64,000 bases of DNA from Octopus sinensis. Lineage: Eukaryota. Location of the stretch: positions 64,914,001 to 64,978,000 of the forward strand of contig NC_042999.1 in the NCBI RefSeq assembly GCF_006345805.1, in the 5' to 3' direction. Under the pieces are notes generated by a model. The model was not told the DNA's origin, did no database searches, and saw only the letters and a program-made list of their open reading frames with translations. Below are positions 52,430 through 64,000 of this stretch, piece by piece; position 1 is the first letter of the stretch, and each line of letters opens with the position of its first letter. A program made the translations under genes and the position numbers.

Positions 52430-52905
52430 AATTTTACTATGTCTTCCCTGGAACTTTTTCTTTTCTTGCCAGGTAGCAATTTATCAAAGACTGGTTTTAC
52501 TTTCCTTGCAAGCATCAGCTCCACTGGTGAGCTAGCTGCTGGCGCATTCGGATTTGGTGTCACACGGTACATTCTTAAAGATTGTTATAGAACTACCTCG
52601 TCCGTAATTTCCTTATTCGATTTTCTAAGGACACTCTTGAAGGTGTCGACAAAGCTTTCTGCCTGTCCGTTAGATCTGGGATGGCATATGTTCTACTGCG
52701 AATATTTTACAAAATTTAAAAAATTCGCTCGACACAAATTATTTTCCTTTGTCAGAATCTTGTTTGGGATGCCAAATCTCGCAAACAATTCATGCCTAAA
52801 ATTTATCACAGTTGAAGAGGTTGGTTTTTTACATTTACAAATTTCAGGTCATTTCGAGAAACTATCAACTACCACTAAGTACTAAGAACCATTTAAAGGA
52901 CCATC
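52430..52905 (-). pseudogene. Integrase core remnant
   Basis: GPLNGS*YLVVVDSFSK*PE...LFARFGIP and SNGQAESFVDTFKSVLRK...YRVTPNPN...SPVELMLARK, with stops and a frameshift. Confidence 0.85.
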
Positions 52906-52960
52906 TACTTTTGAACAATGTTTACTTTTTATCGTGGGCAATTTTTCATTTCGTTTTGGC

Positions 52961-53305
52961 TTAAATACAGGTGCGCCACTCTGTTTTATTGCATTTTTTT
53001 TGTTTCAGTCCTTCGACTGAACAAACTATATATCCACAAGAAACATTTATGGGAGTATTCCATACTTTGAATAGTTCCATCCACTCTGTGCCGAAGAAAT
53101 TAAGTGAACTTTTTAACACATATATCTTTACTTTTTTAGCTTGACCTTGAAATGTTTCATTACATACGAATTCACCGAAAAAATATAATCGTTTCCCCGT
53201 AACACCATGTGCTACCTTTTTAGATTTCATAAGTTTTGGCTTACCGACATATTTCCAAGTTTCTTCGTATATAATAGTGATATCACTTCCAGTATCTAAT
53301 TTCAT
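52961..53305 (-). pseudogene. Retroviral-type aspartic protease remnant
   Basis: KLDTGSDITII active-site motif and FFGTEWMELF C-terminal motif. Confidence 0.85.
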
Positions 53306-53352
53306 TGTAACACTTGTATTTCAGATTTTAACCTTCACGAATTTCCTAATTG

Positions 53353-53586
53353 TTATATTACCAATTTCCATTCTTTGTTCTGAAGTTTTGTTATCTTCGT
53401 TCTACAGTGCGTTTTTATATGTCCATAACGAAAGCACTCCGTTTTTCTAAATGGACAATTTTTCCTCAGGTGTATACCTCCACATGCAAAACATGCGTTT
53501 ATTTCCTGATTTTTGTCGTGTTTCTTTAGAAAAAATGTTATCTCCATTCTGACTATTTCGCACTTGGAAACAATCTTTACGTTCAA
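53353..53586 (-). pseudogene. Gag C-terminus with tandem zinc knuckles
   Basis: CFACGGIHLRKNCPFRKTECFRYGHIKTHCR (second knuckle damaged). Confidence 0.8.
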
Positions 53587-54982
53587 TTTCCTCTGTGTCG
53601 TCTCTAAATTTGAATCTTTTCACATTCTCCTGACAATTGTTGTTGGGTTACATCCTGACATTGTACCAGCTTAGCGAGAATTCTAGTTTTAACTTCTGCG
53701 TTTTTTTTCCTGCAGTTAATGCCTGCGTAAAAATCAGGCATTTGAACATATCTGGCGTTAATTCATCCAGCTTGCACTACTCGTATTTCCTGTTAACTCT
53801 ACCAGTAAGTGTGATGTAGTCTTCGTCGTTGTTTTTCTCTATGTTCTCACTTCCAACATGTGTTGAACAATGAGCTTTTTTCACTGAAAATTTTCACAAT
53901 ATATCTATTGTGTCATTAGACACAATAGATATATTGTGAAAAGTTTTTGTCAGGTTTTCTCAGGAGTACGTAACTGCTGTAATGCTCATGTTCTGTCGTC
54001 GTCAGTTTTCTCAAGATTAAACGCCTTTTCATCTCGTCGTCCCAATCCTCACATTCTTTCTCAAAGATTTGGTCATATCTTCTGTTGTATGCCTAGAAAG
54101 TAACACCTTTGTCTGCTTCATATTTGAACTGTTTTATCGAGGTCGCAACATAGTCTAGCGAGAACGTATTTTCTAAATTTCTTGACGACTTCATTAATTG
54201 CAACATTTGTTGTGGTAAAATCAGTTGTTGTTATTGTTACTTCTGTTGTTGTTCTTGCAGCTGAATCTGCTGTTGTTGTTATTTTTGCAAGTCGACTAAA
54301 CCGGCCAACAAATTTTCCATACTTTTACGATTTTTCGTAAAATTCGTACTCTAACTTTGTGAGATTATTAACTCCATGTGAATTAGCTTATCGTCGTCAA
54401 GTTTATCAATTCCACGTGAGTTGTTCAAATCCTCCTCGCCACTGTTATAATCTTTAAAATGTTGGATTGTTATAACACCCACTTCGGTATACAGTATATT
54501 TAGTAAAACCAGTAAAGACACGACTATTTCTGACCGACTACTACGTACTCCAGCACTTCACGCACTTCCCTTTACTTATAGTGACTAGGTTATTCCAGTC
54601 GTCAGTGGGAGGGGTATATCATTACTACTAATTGCCTACAACAAAAACAAAAACAAAAAACACCTAGAAAAATAGATTTGTTAGCAACACTTTAGGTTAA
54701 GCAACTTTCGAAAAATATATGTATTCAGTGTTTATTTTTGCTACTTATTTTCTCATCATTCCTGTAATATCTTTCATTATTCTCATCTTCAACCCTCTTC
54801 CTCCTCCTCCTCCTGATCATCATAATCATCATAATCATTCACAAACAAATACTATAAACTTATTTTCAACGTCTACTTATTCAAGTTTCATTCTTAATCC
54901 CAACATCGATTTTCCTCCTCTCTCTCTCCAACTTTCTACTCCCCACTCTCCTTTACTTCTCAACAAAACTTTGATTCTTTAC

Positions 54983-55037
<55 letters not shown>

Positions 55038-55589
55038 GTTTATATTTGCTTTACTGAAATTCCCAATATGTCAATAATTTGTTTCTGTAGCATTGTTGCT
55101 GTCTCCGTCAGTGTTGCTGTGATTGTCATTGTTGACGGTGCTACAGTCGCCTTTGTTCTAAATTAAACAGAAGAATTGGTGTAACTGAATTGATTCACAT
55201 CTCAGCAGCTCCCAAAGGATTTGCTTTGATGCAGAATTGACAGCGGAATGTATTCAGGTTAAGTGGTCAGCTGTTTGATAGAAGCCTCTGCTAATTCTAA
55301 TGCAAAGCAACTAACTCGTCGGTATCTATTATTCTACATAACAGAGAAATAGATGAATTTCACTGACCTGGCTATATACCTAACAGACCAAGTGCATTCT
55401 TCAAAAACAAAATTAAATACACAGTCTATATTATTGTAATTGTGCACAGTTTATATAAATGAATGCATACATACATGCGTACATTCATGCAAACATATAT
55501 GTGTGCGCTTCTGAGTGTGTTTATCTGCGTGTGTATAAATATGTGTGTGTTTGTCTGAATTTGCGTGTGTATATATGCATGTATATATA

Positions 55590-55984
55590 CATGTATATAT
55601 ATATATATATATAATATATATATATATTATATATATATATATATATTTCAATATATATGTATTTTTATATTTAGTTATATTTATATGTATACATCATCTC
55701 TCTCTGTCTGTCAACCTATCTATCTATCTACATACATACGTGCATATACACGCACATACATATATCGAATATATATAATATATATATAAATGATATATAT
55801 ATATATATATATATATATAAATGACATATATATGTATATATATATATAATGTAAATGATATATATATATATGTATATATACATATATATGTATATATATA
55901 TATAATGTAAATGATATATATATATATATATATATGCATATATATATATATATATTATATATATAATGTAAATGATATATATGC

Positions 55985-56016
<32 letters not shown>

Positions 56017-56470
56017 ATATATAAATGATATATATATGTATATATATACATATATATATATATATAATGTAAATGATATATATATGAATATATATATATA
56101 TATATGTATATATATAAAAATATATATGTATATATACATATATATATATATAATGTAAATGATATATATATGCATATATATATATAATATAAATGACATG
56201 TATATATATATAATATATATGTGGTGATGCATTTCTTTTGCTGACCCCTCAATATTAGTATATATATATATATATAAATTATATATATATGCATACATAC
56301 ATATATGTACACATATATATATAATATAAATGATATATATATGCATATATACATACATATATGTACATATATATATATATATATATATGCATATATACAT
56401 ACATATATGTACATATATATATATATATATACATATACACATACATTTATGTACATACATATATATGTTT
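55590..56470. repeat. Long TA-rich tract with a repeated TATAATGTAAATGATATA sub-unit
   Basis: ATAATGTAAATGATATAT recurs about five times between 55845 and 56170. Confidence 0.9.
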
Positions 56471-56482
56471 ATACATATGCAT

Positions 56483-56745
56483 CTATGAGTACAGGACGTC
56501 GTAAAACGTAAAGAACATGAAATACGAAAACAATGAATACGAACGTTTTTTGCGAACAACGAAAGAAACAATGGTAAACAACACAAGTAACATAAAGGAC
56601 GGCCCTTCATCAGTTGTCGGCTGTTTATCTACTCCACATTTCGAGCAATTACGACAAGATGTGCCTTCGAGAAAACAGTTACTCCCGCAAAGCAATATAA
56701 AATTTGGAATTTTGCGGAAAGTCAAAGTTGGTAACAAACAGTAGG
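56483..56745. mobile_element. Short TA-associated element of unassigned family
   Basis: Purine/pyrimidine-skewed block beside (TA)n, similar in style to family P; no complete ribozyme. Confidence 0.35.
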
Positions 56746-57241
56746 GGCCGCTAAGCCCTTGTGGCCGTGTAGTTGAGAATTACGCTTTCAGCTCTGGGTT
56801 CGATGCTTTTTCATAGAACATTTGGAGTATGTAAAACTGTGTAGATGGACTCTTTGCAGAAACCAGTCTGATGAACTACAGATTGAATTCAAATATTCAA
56901 TCTGATTACACTCTGTCACACTAATTCTGTTAGGGAATTTCTTTTAACTCTTTTGCTATCATAATTCTGCTGAAATAGACTGTTTTATCTAAGGCTACTG
57001 GGCCCAATTGTAAACATTGCAGTGAAGTACGGCTATAATAATATTGTCGCTGCAACGTATGTTTCGCAATAATTCCTTAAGTTCTTGAGCATTATGGCGC
57101 AAAGTATCCACACTATAGCAAGAAAACAGAAAGAAAGAAAGAAAAAGAAAATTTACGGAACAAACAGATTTCAAATTTTACGACATATCGACATTACTTA
57201 TCAGATAAAAGGCATTTTCTTTATGTTCGTTTAGCTTGCGG

Positions 57242-57282
<41 letters not shown>

Positions 57283-57284
<2 letters not shown>

Positions 57285-57625
57285 AAGTTAAAAATTGTCT
57301 AAAGTCGTAAGACACCCGCTGTTTTTGTCCTGTTTACCATTCTTGTTTTTTATTTCTATTTTTTGTTTCTTGTATTTATATTCGTGTTGCATCCTGTCTT
57401 TGTTTCGTATACATTCGATCTTCTTTCCAAGAAATCTAATGCCTGTGGCTTAGTTTTTCCTTGGGGCTGGCCGGTTCGGAGCAATATTGAGATTAAACAG
57501 CCGAAATTGCTAAGATGATCCGGTTCCCGACTGAAGATTAGAGGCTTCGAGTGACCCGTCTTGTTTTTTGTGTCGTCTCTTTGTGTGTTTTTGCGTTCTT
57601 GTCCCACTTTGTAATTTATATTATA
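57283..57625. mobile_element. Short (TA)n-flanked element of unassigned family
   Basis: T-rich block with a GC-richer centre, bounded by TA tracts on both sides. Confidence 0.4.
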
Positions 57626-57732
57626 TATTTAATTTCTATACATATATATATATATATATATATCTTTGCGGCCTACTGTAGAAAGTAATACGAATGTGTG
57701 TGTGTCTGCGTGCATGTGTGCATGTGTGTGTG

Positions 57733-57784
<52 letters not shown>

Positions 57785-57815
57785 CATATATACAACCATA
57801 TCTTATCTATCTATC

Positions 57816-57891
<76 letters not shown>

Positions 57892-58642
57892 ATATATACA
57901 CTAGAGGCGTAGTTAAAAGTTATAGATATTCGATTATTTGTTATTATTCTCTTTAGAATACATTTTTTATATTACTGCTCCTACTTTACGTAATTCTACG
58001 GAACCGTTCCATAAACTTTGCATCAAATAACAGAGCACATAACACACATTCAGATACGCTCATACATATCTGCAAACACACACACACACACACACTCATA
58101 TGCACGTATATCAATCAATATAGTCTAAAATGAAATACGTGGACCGTGATTCACTAATATGCACGTGCTCTCTAACGTTTGCTTTAGTAGAGTCGCTCTC
58201 CAAGTGAAGGATCCCATTGTTAATCCCTGTATTTCCCATATGGCCTTTAAAAAAATTCCTGATCATTAATATCCATGAGTATTTTAATTTAATCCATTAA
58301 TATGGGGTTTCAAGCAGCTCAATGTTGTTAGAGGAACAGTGTTGTTGTGCTTGATAACTGTAGAACAGTCATTATCCAGAAAACCCATCTAAAAGACATC
58401 CCAGAGCGGTATTAGTTCCGGCTCTTTACGGTCGAACTCATATCGCGATGTGTTTAACTTTACTTTTAAAAACCTTTTCAGGGGTCGATAAAATAAAGTG
58501 CTAATAACCTCCTGTGTTCGCTTTAATTGACGTCTCTCTCTTCTCAAACTTCGCTAGCCTCGTGTTCTAATTTGAATTATTATCATAAGGGACTGTAAAT
58601 TGATATTATGTAATATTCTTTTAATTTCCTAAAACATTAGTG

Positions 58643-59016
58643 CTCTTTTACTTGTTTCAGTCATTAGACTGTGGCCATGCTGGAACACCGCCTTTAGTTG
58701 AGCAGCTCGACCCCAGGACCTATTCTTTGTGAGCCTAGTACTTATTCTATCGGTCTCTTTTGCCGAACCGCTAAGTTATGGGGACGTAAACATACCACCA
58801 TCAGTTGTCAAGCGATGTTGGGGGGACAAACACAGACACACATACATATATACGACGGGCTTCTTTCAGTTTCTGTCTACCAAATCCACTCACAAGGCTT
58901 TGGTCAGCCCGAGGCTATAGTAGAAGACACTTGCCTAAGGTGCCACGCAGTGGGACTGAACCCGGAACAATGTGGTTCGTAAGCAAGTTACTTACCACAC
59001 AGCCACTCCTACGCCT
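58643..59016 (-). mobile_element. tRNA-derived SINE, family A
   Basis: Full-length match. Confidence 0.9.
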
Positions 59017-60034
59017 ATTGAACTTATGGACTTTAAGGCAGTTATTTGAAGCAGGTCGGTCGATGGAATACGATTAAAATTTTTAGTGTTTCGATTTCTT
59101 GGAATGATTCATTGATACTATCCAAGTAAAAGCATTGCGAATTACGACAGTGGATTCGACCTGTTGAATGGTTACAAGCAAACAAATTTATCAATTCCGG
59201 TCCAATGAATAACTGGGTTGTATCAACCTTCAGAGCAGCAATTTACTAAATTACATTATTCACATTATTACATTAGTAAGATCTTCAGCCCAACCCCCAC
59301 AAGCGAAAACTGCTGAAGTATTTTAGATTTAAACATGCTGTTGATGTACACGTATACACATTTACGTGATAATCTATCAATACATCCATTTTGTTAGGCA
59401 TTAGATATGTTAAACAGTTCAACAAAATTCTACAACACTGAATAATTAAACTTGTACAATTGCTTTTTCATCCATATAACATTTACAAATTGGGTTTTCA
59501 TCTACTCCAATTATATTATAAATTGTTTTGATAAATGTAGAACAATACTGATTCTATTGAAATATAGACAGAACTGATGTAGATTCAACATTGCTACATT
59601 TATTCAATTCAGCTTCTCTGTTCACTTCAATGTTGATTAATGGCGAAGTGGCAATATAATATCCGAACTAGACGTCAGCTAATATTTACTCGTATTCGAT
59701 TCAGATCTGATAGCTATCAACATTTCTACGTGTCAGAAGGTGCTTAACTGTTAACATAATTAACGCTTCAAATATCGGACGCTTTTACCATTCACAAGCA
59801 AGTAAGCAAGTACGTGATATCCTCCGGGTTGAAAAGAAAACTAATTCTTCCTAATAATATAAAAAAACAGAAATCATACTCTCTTAAAAACGACTATCAT
59901 TAGTAGTTTCTCTTTTATCTTTACTTGTTTCAGTCATTAGAGTGCAGCCATGCTGGGGCGCCGCCATTAGTAGGCTTTAGTCGAAAGAATTGACCCCAGT
60001 ACTAAAATTTTATAAGCCTTATACTTATTCTTAT

Positions 60035-60697
60035 TTCTTATTTCATTACTGCCCACAAGGGGCTACACACAGAAGGGACAAACAAGGACAGACAAACGGA
60101 TTGAGTCGATTATATCGACTCCAGTGCGTAACTGGTACTTATTTAATCGACCCCGAAAGGATGAAAGGCAAAGTCGACCTCGGCAGAATTTCATCTGAGA
60201 ACGTAGTGGTAGACGAAATACCTATTTTTTTACTATCCACAAGGGGCTAAACACAGAGAAGACAAACAAGGACAGACAAACAGATTAAGTTGATTTTATC
60301 GACTCCAGTGCGTAACTGGTACTTATTTAATCGACCCCGAAAGGATGAAAGGCAAAGTCGACCTCGGCAGAATTTCATCTGAGAACGTAGTGGTAGACGA
60401 AATACCTATTTTTTACTATCCACAAGGGGCTAAACACAGAGAAGAAAAACAAGGACAGACAAACAGATTAAGTTGATTACATCGACCCCAGTGCGTAACT
60501 GGTACCTATTTAATCGACCCCGAAAGGATGAAAGGCAAAGTCGACCTCGGCGGAATTTGAAATCAGAACGTAGCGGCAGACGAAATACCTATTTCTTTAC
60601 TACCCGCAAGGGGCTAAACACAGAGAGGACAAACAAGGACAGACAAACAGATTAAGTTGATTATATCGACCCCAGTGCGTAACTGGTACTTATTTAA
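60035..60697 (-). mobile_element. Head-to-tail array of family D SINE units (about 3.6 units of ~184 bp)
   Basis: GAAATACCTATT junctions at 60215, 60399 and 60582. Confidence 0.92.
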
Positions 60698-60894
60698 TTT
60701 TCCACTGAGGAGGGAGCTGGTTTCCAACAATGATACAAGGCTTCATCTTTGGGGTGTAATTAACAGACAAATTCACATTTGCAACTTGCGAAAGTCTTGC
60801 ATATTTTTACTGTTCCACTCACAGATTGGACTTGTGATGTATGAACCAGCCGGTCAATTACTCTTTCTGAAAATCTCACCTTATCCGGATTCTT

Positions 60895-60975
60895 TATGTA
60901 TGTATGTATGTATGTATGTATGTATGTATGTATGTATGTATGTATGTATGTATGTATGTATGTATGTATGTATGC
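60895..60975. repeat. (TATG)n microsatellite
   Basis: Direct reading. Confidence 0.95.
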
Positions 60976-62404
60976 ATGCATGCACGTACGTACAAATATA
61001 CGTACGTACCTACCTACCTACGTATATATATGTATGCACGTAGGAATATATGCATATGTGTGTATGTATGCATGTGTGCATACATGTATGAATGTATGTA
61101 CGTGTGTTTGTAATAACGTATGTAATGTACATACATGTATGTGTGTATGCATGTGTGTATACATGTATGAATGTATGTATGCATGTATGCATGTATGTAT
61201 GTACACGAACACACATTCATGGTTTCCGCCCATCGCTTTCACTCAGATAGCATTAGATATTTCAAGACTATCAAATAAGATTCTTAACAAAAGTGCCACA
61301 CATTGGGACCAAGATGGAATCACTTTGTTACAAAGTAAACTTTTGAACTTTGCCTCTATTCCTGTGCCAAACTCTAAGTTCAATGTATTTGGCCATAAGT
61401 TCATTATATTTGGCCATACAAAGTATAGATGGTCAAGATCAAAAGCTTAGCATTGTTTTCTATTTGAATTTGCAACAAATGATATCGTTACGTCTTATTT
61501 ATATGAGAGTAGGAAAAACACGGCATGTTTGCTACGATTTGAAAGTGAAATAACCTCGTTTGTACTTTTAGTTGTTAATTCACATAACGCCAGCAATGAA
61601 TCAGCAATGATGGCTTTACAGCTTCTTCTAATCTTTTATTATCTTTTTACACTTCGGCGAATTTTCTGCACTACTTATTTCATTCTTACTTCACGTTTAA
61701 ATAAACGTCGCAATGAAACAAGAAGGAAGACACAAACCACAGAGAAAAAGAAAGAGATGATACAATCAAAGGATTAGAGAAGATCGGAGACAAGAAATAA
61801 CAGAAAAAGGTAAGACTGAATCAACGGATAAAGAATCATGTATGATTTGCACGAACGTGCAGTATTTTTACAATTCCAATATTGAAGATATTCCAATATT
61901 CCTGATATTCCAATATCGAAGAGACTGTCAACAGAAACGTTTGATAAATGGGCCTAGATATCGAACATGAATATGTAAAATGGTAATTGGAGGAATAGTA
62001 TGCTAGGTAAATATTTAAGGACATATATATGCAAATAGATAGAGAGATTCGTATTTATATAATAGGAAGCCTAACCGGGTTATGCAGACTTATGCTAAAT
62101 ATTACGATATTATTAATAAATCTATAAAGTTATCTACATCTATATTTTTCAATAAGTTAAATCTGTTGTCAGTCATTAACATAAGCAAATCTAACAAAAT
62201 GAAACGACTTTCTCATGAGGTAAATATTTATGCATCAAAATATGAATATAGAAAAATCTATCAAAAACAGATTTTCCATGGATCCAACCAATAAATTAAT
62301 GTCTTGAAATGCATAATATCAGCGATTTCATGGTGTTGTTTGATATTAAGTTGATTTGCACGTTTTCATGCTCATGCGTTTTGCATTTGCGTGCATACAT
62401 GTGC

Positions 62405-62461
<57 letters not shown>

Positions 62462-62854
62462 ATATATATGTGACTACATCTATCCATCCATCCATCCATC
62501 CATCTATCTATCTGTCTGTCTGTCTGTCTGTCTGTCTGTGTATATATATATATATATGCATATATATAATATGTATGTATATGTATGTCGGTGTGTGTAA
62601 ATATATAAATGTATATATGTTTGTATGTGTATGTATATGTGTGTGTTAGTGTGTGAGAAAATGTGTGTGTGAATCTTCTTTGGCTGTCCGTCATAGGTCG
62701 ATGTTGACTGTTCTTGTTCAATAATCATCTCTGACGGGCTTGTATTGGGGCTACAAGGCCTGCGTTTGATATGTAGGAGTGATGATATGTGTTTTAGGTG
62801 TATGTATGCATGTATGTATGCATTGAGGAGAAAAACAGAGAAAATATATATATA

Positions 62855-63742
62855 AATAGTGCGATTGGTAATTTGACGCCATTTTATAGTTTTTATTTCA
62901 CACATGCGCAGTGTTTGTTTTGGATTTTATCGACTACACAATATAGCAGGGTCAGTTGGCACCGTCTGTCGGAAAAACAGCACCATGACGCAATACACTC
63001 TGTCAGAAATTTGGAAATGACATGCTGTACAGCTTGGCATTCGCGCCGGCGAATCCAATACGAACATTTCGGATTGTTTGGGTGTCAATCTGAAGACAGT
63101 GCAATTCGAGGGCATGTGCCGAGAGTGATAAAAATCAAACATCCAGTCGACATCTTAATGCTTGGAGTGATCACTCGTAATAGTGTCGTTATGCCTCCAC
63201 TCATCTTCGCACACGGCCTCAAACTCAACACGGAGGCTTATATCAAGTGCCTGGAGGAGGTAGTGCTGCCCTGGGTCAAAAGGGTGACTGATGGAAGACC
63301 CTATGTCTGGTAACAGGACTCTACATGATGCCACACAAGCAGGAGAATTCAGGCATGACTGTCAGACAATTTCTGCAACCACATCACCCCTAACATCTGG
63401 CCACCTAACATTCCAAACTGCGACCCCCTTGATTATTATGTGTGGAGTTCAGTTGAGAGAAAGACCAACAAAACTCCTTGTAACGCCAAAGATTAACTGC
63501 ATGCGAGGATTATGGCAGGATTCACCAACTTAAAGAAAGAAACCAGCCAGAAGTGTTGCAGGAGATTCCGAAGTCGTCTGGAGCTTGTGGTTGAAGCCAA
63601 TAGCGATTTCATTGGATACATTTACTCTTTAACAATTTAAGATATTTTTATGTAATTTTGGTAAATACATCTCTTAAAACGAGATGTCAGTGTTATTTTC
63701 ATTTTTACTAAATTTAGACGACAGTTTGTTCACTGTACCCTT
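62855..63742 (+). mobile_element. Internally deleted Tc1/mariner DD37D (maT-like) transposon
   Basis: Degenerate TIRs GTGCGATTGGTAATTTGACGCC and GACGACAGTTTGTTCACTGTACCCT. Remnant HPVDILMLGVITRNSVVMPP...QDST*CHTS...WPPNIPNCDPLDYYVWS with a D-37-D spacing; same family as 29611-30389. Confidence 0.85.
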
Positions 63743-63748
63743 TATATA

Positions 63749-63808
<60 letters not shown>

Positions 63809-64000
63809 CGTGTGTGTGCGTGTGCGTGTAATATTCTTGTAACCCTGAATCAATCTTTGTGTGTGGGGGCGAATGATGGAGTGTGAATATATTAATATGT
63901 AAGCGCAGCTTTTTAAGTGAATCTTTTGAGTATTCTACTTTTTATACCAGAGTCCTCCCTTGCTCTTCTACTCTTCCCAAATACTGTTTAACTTTGCAGT

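Larger units (their letters stand above)
51383..54640 (-). mobile_element. Gypsy/Ty3 (Mag-like) LTR retroelement lacking RT-RNase H
   Basis: 198-bp TGT...ACA LTR at 54443-54640; second LTR at 51383-52034 split by an insertion; PBS-like TGGCGAGGAGG at 54431-54441 (-); gag, protease and integrase remnants in order. No clear target duplication. Confidence 0.85.

Noticed and set aside
56560-56640. Possible type II hammerhead (GCTCGAAAT...CTGATGAAGGGC, minus strand), and a similar arrangement at 57500-57550
   Set aside because: Stem II could pair in the first case, but stems I and III and the NUH triplet cannot be built.
60035-60697. CRISPR-like array
   Set aside because: Units are ~184-bp SINE bodies without unique spacers, there are no cas genes, and the context is eukaryotic.

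Overview
AT-rich animal DNA made almost entirely of microsatellites and decayed mobile elements; the SINE families and repeat landscape look like an Octopus (coleoid cephalopod) genome, which is my recognition and not a database result. I cannot confidently identify any host protein-coding gene, tRNA, rRNA or CRISPR array, and nearly all ORFs in the track are microsatellite or SINE translations. Recognisable elements: four tRNA-derived SINE head families with swapped tails; 3' fragments of RLE-type (R4/Dong-like) non-LTR retrotransposons beside (TAA)n; two DD37D (maT-like) and one DD34D mariner relic; a complete but decayed Chapaev3-like transposon with TAA target duplication; and an RT-less Gypsy (Mag-like) LTR element. 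The most interesting signal is a set of short (TA)n-flanked elements carrying type I hammerhead-ribozyme motifs of the Penelope kind. These include one intact motif, a perfect 132-bp palindrome with a hammerhead on each strand, a three-copy family with a fixed CUGUNGA core, and a tRNA-headed SINE-like element with a degenerate hammerhead in its body. Several long fold-back inverted repeats centred on (TA)n also occur and may be real or assembly artefacts.
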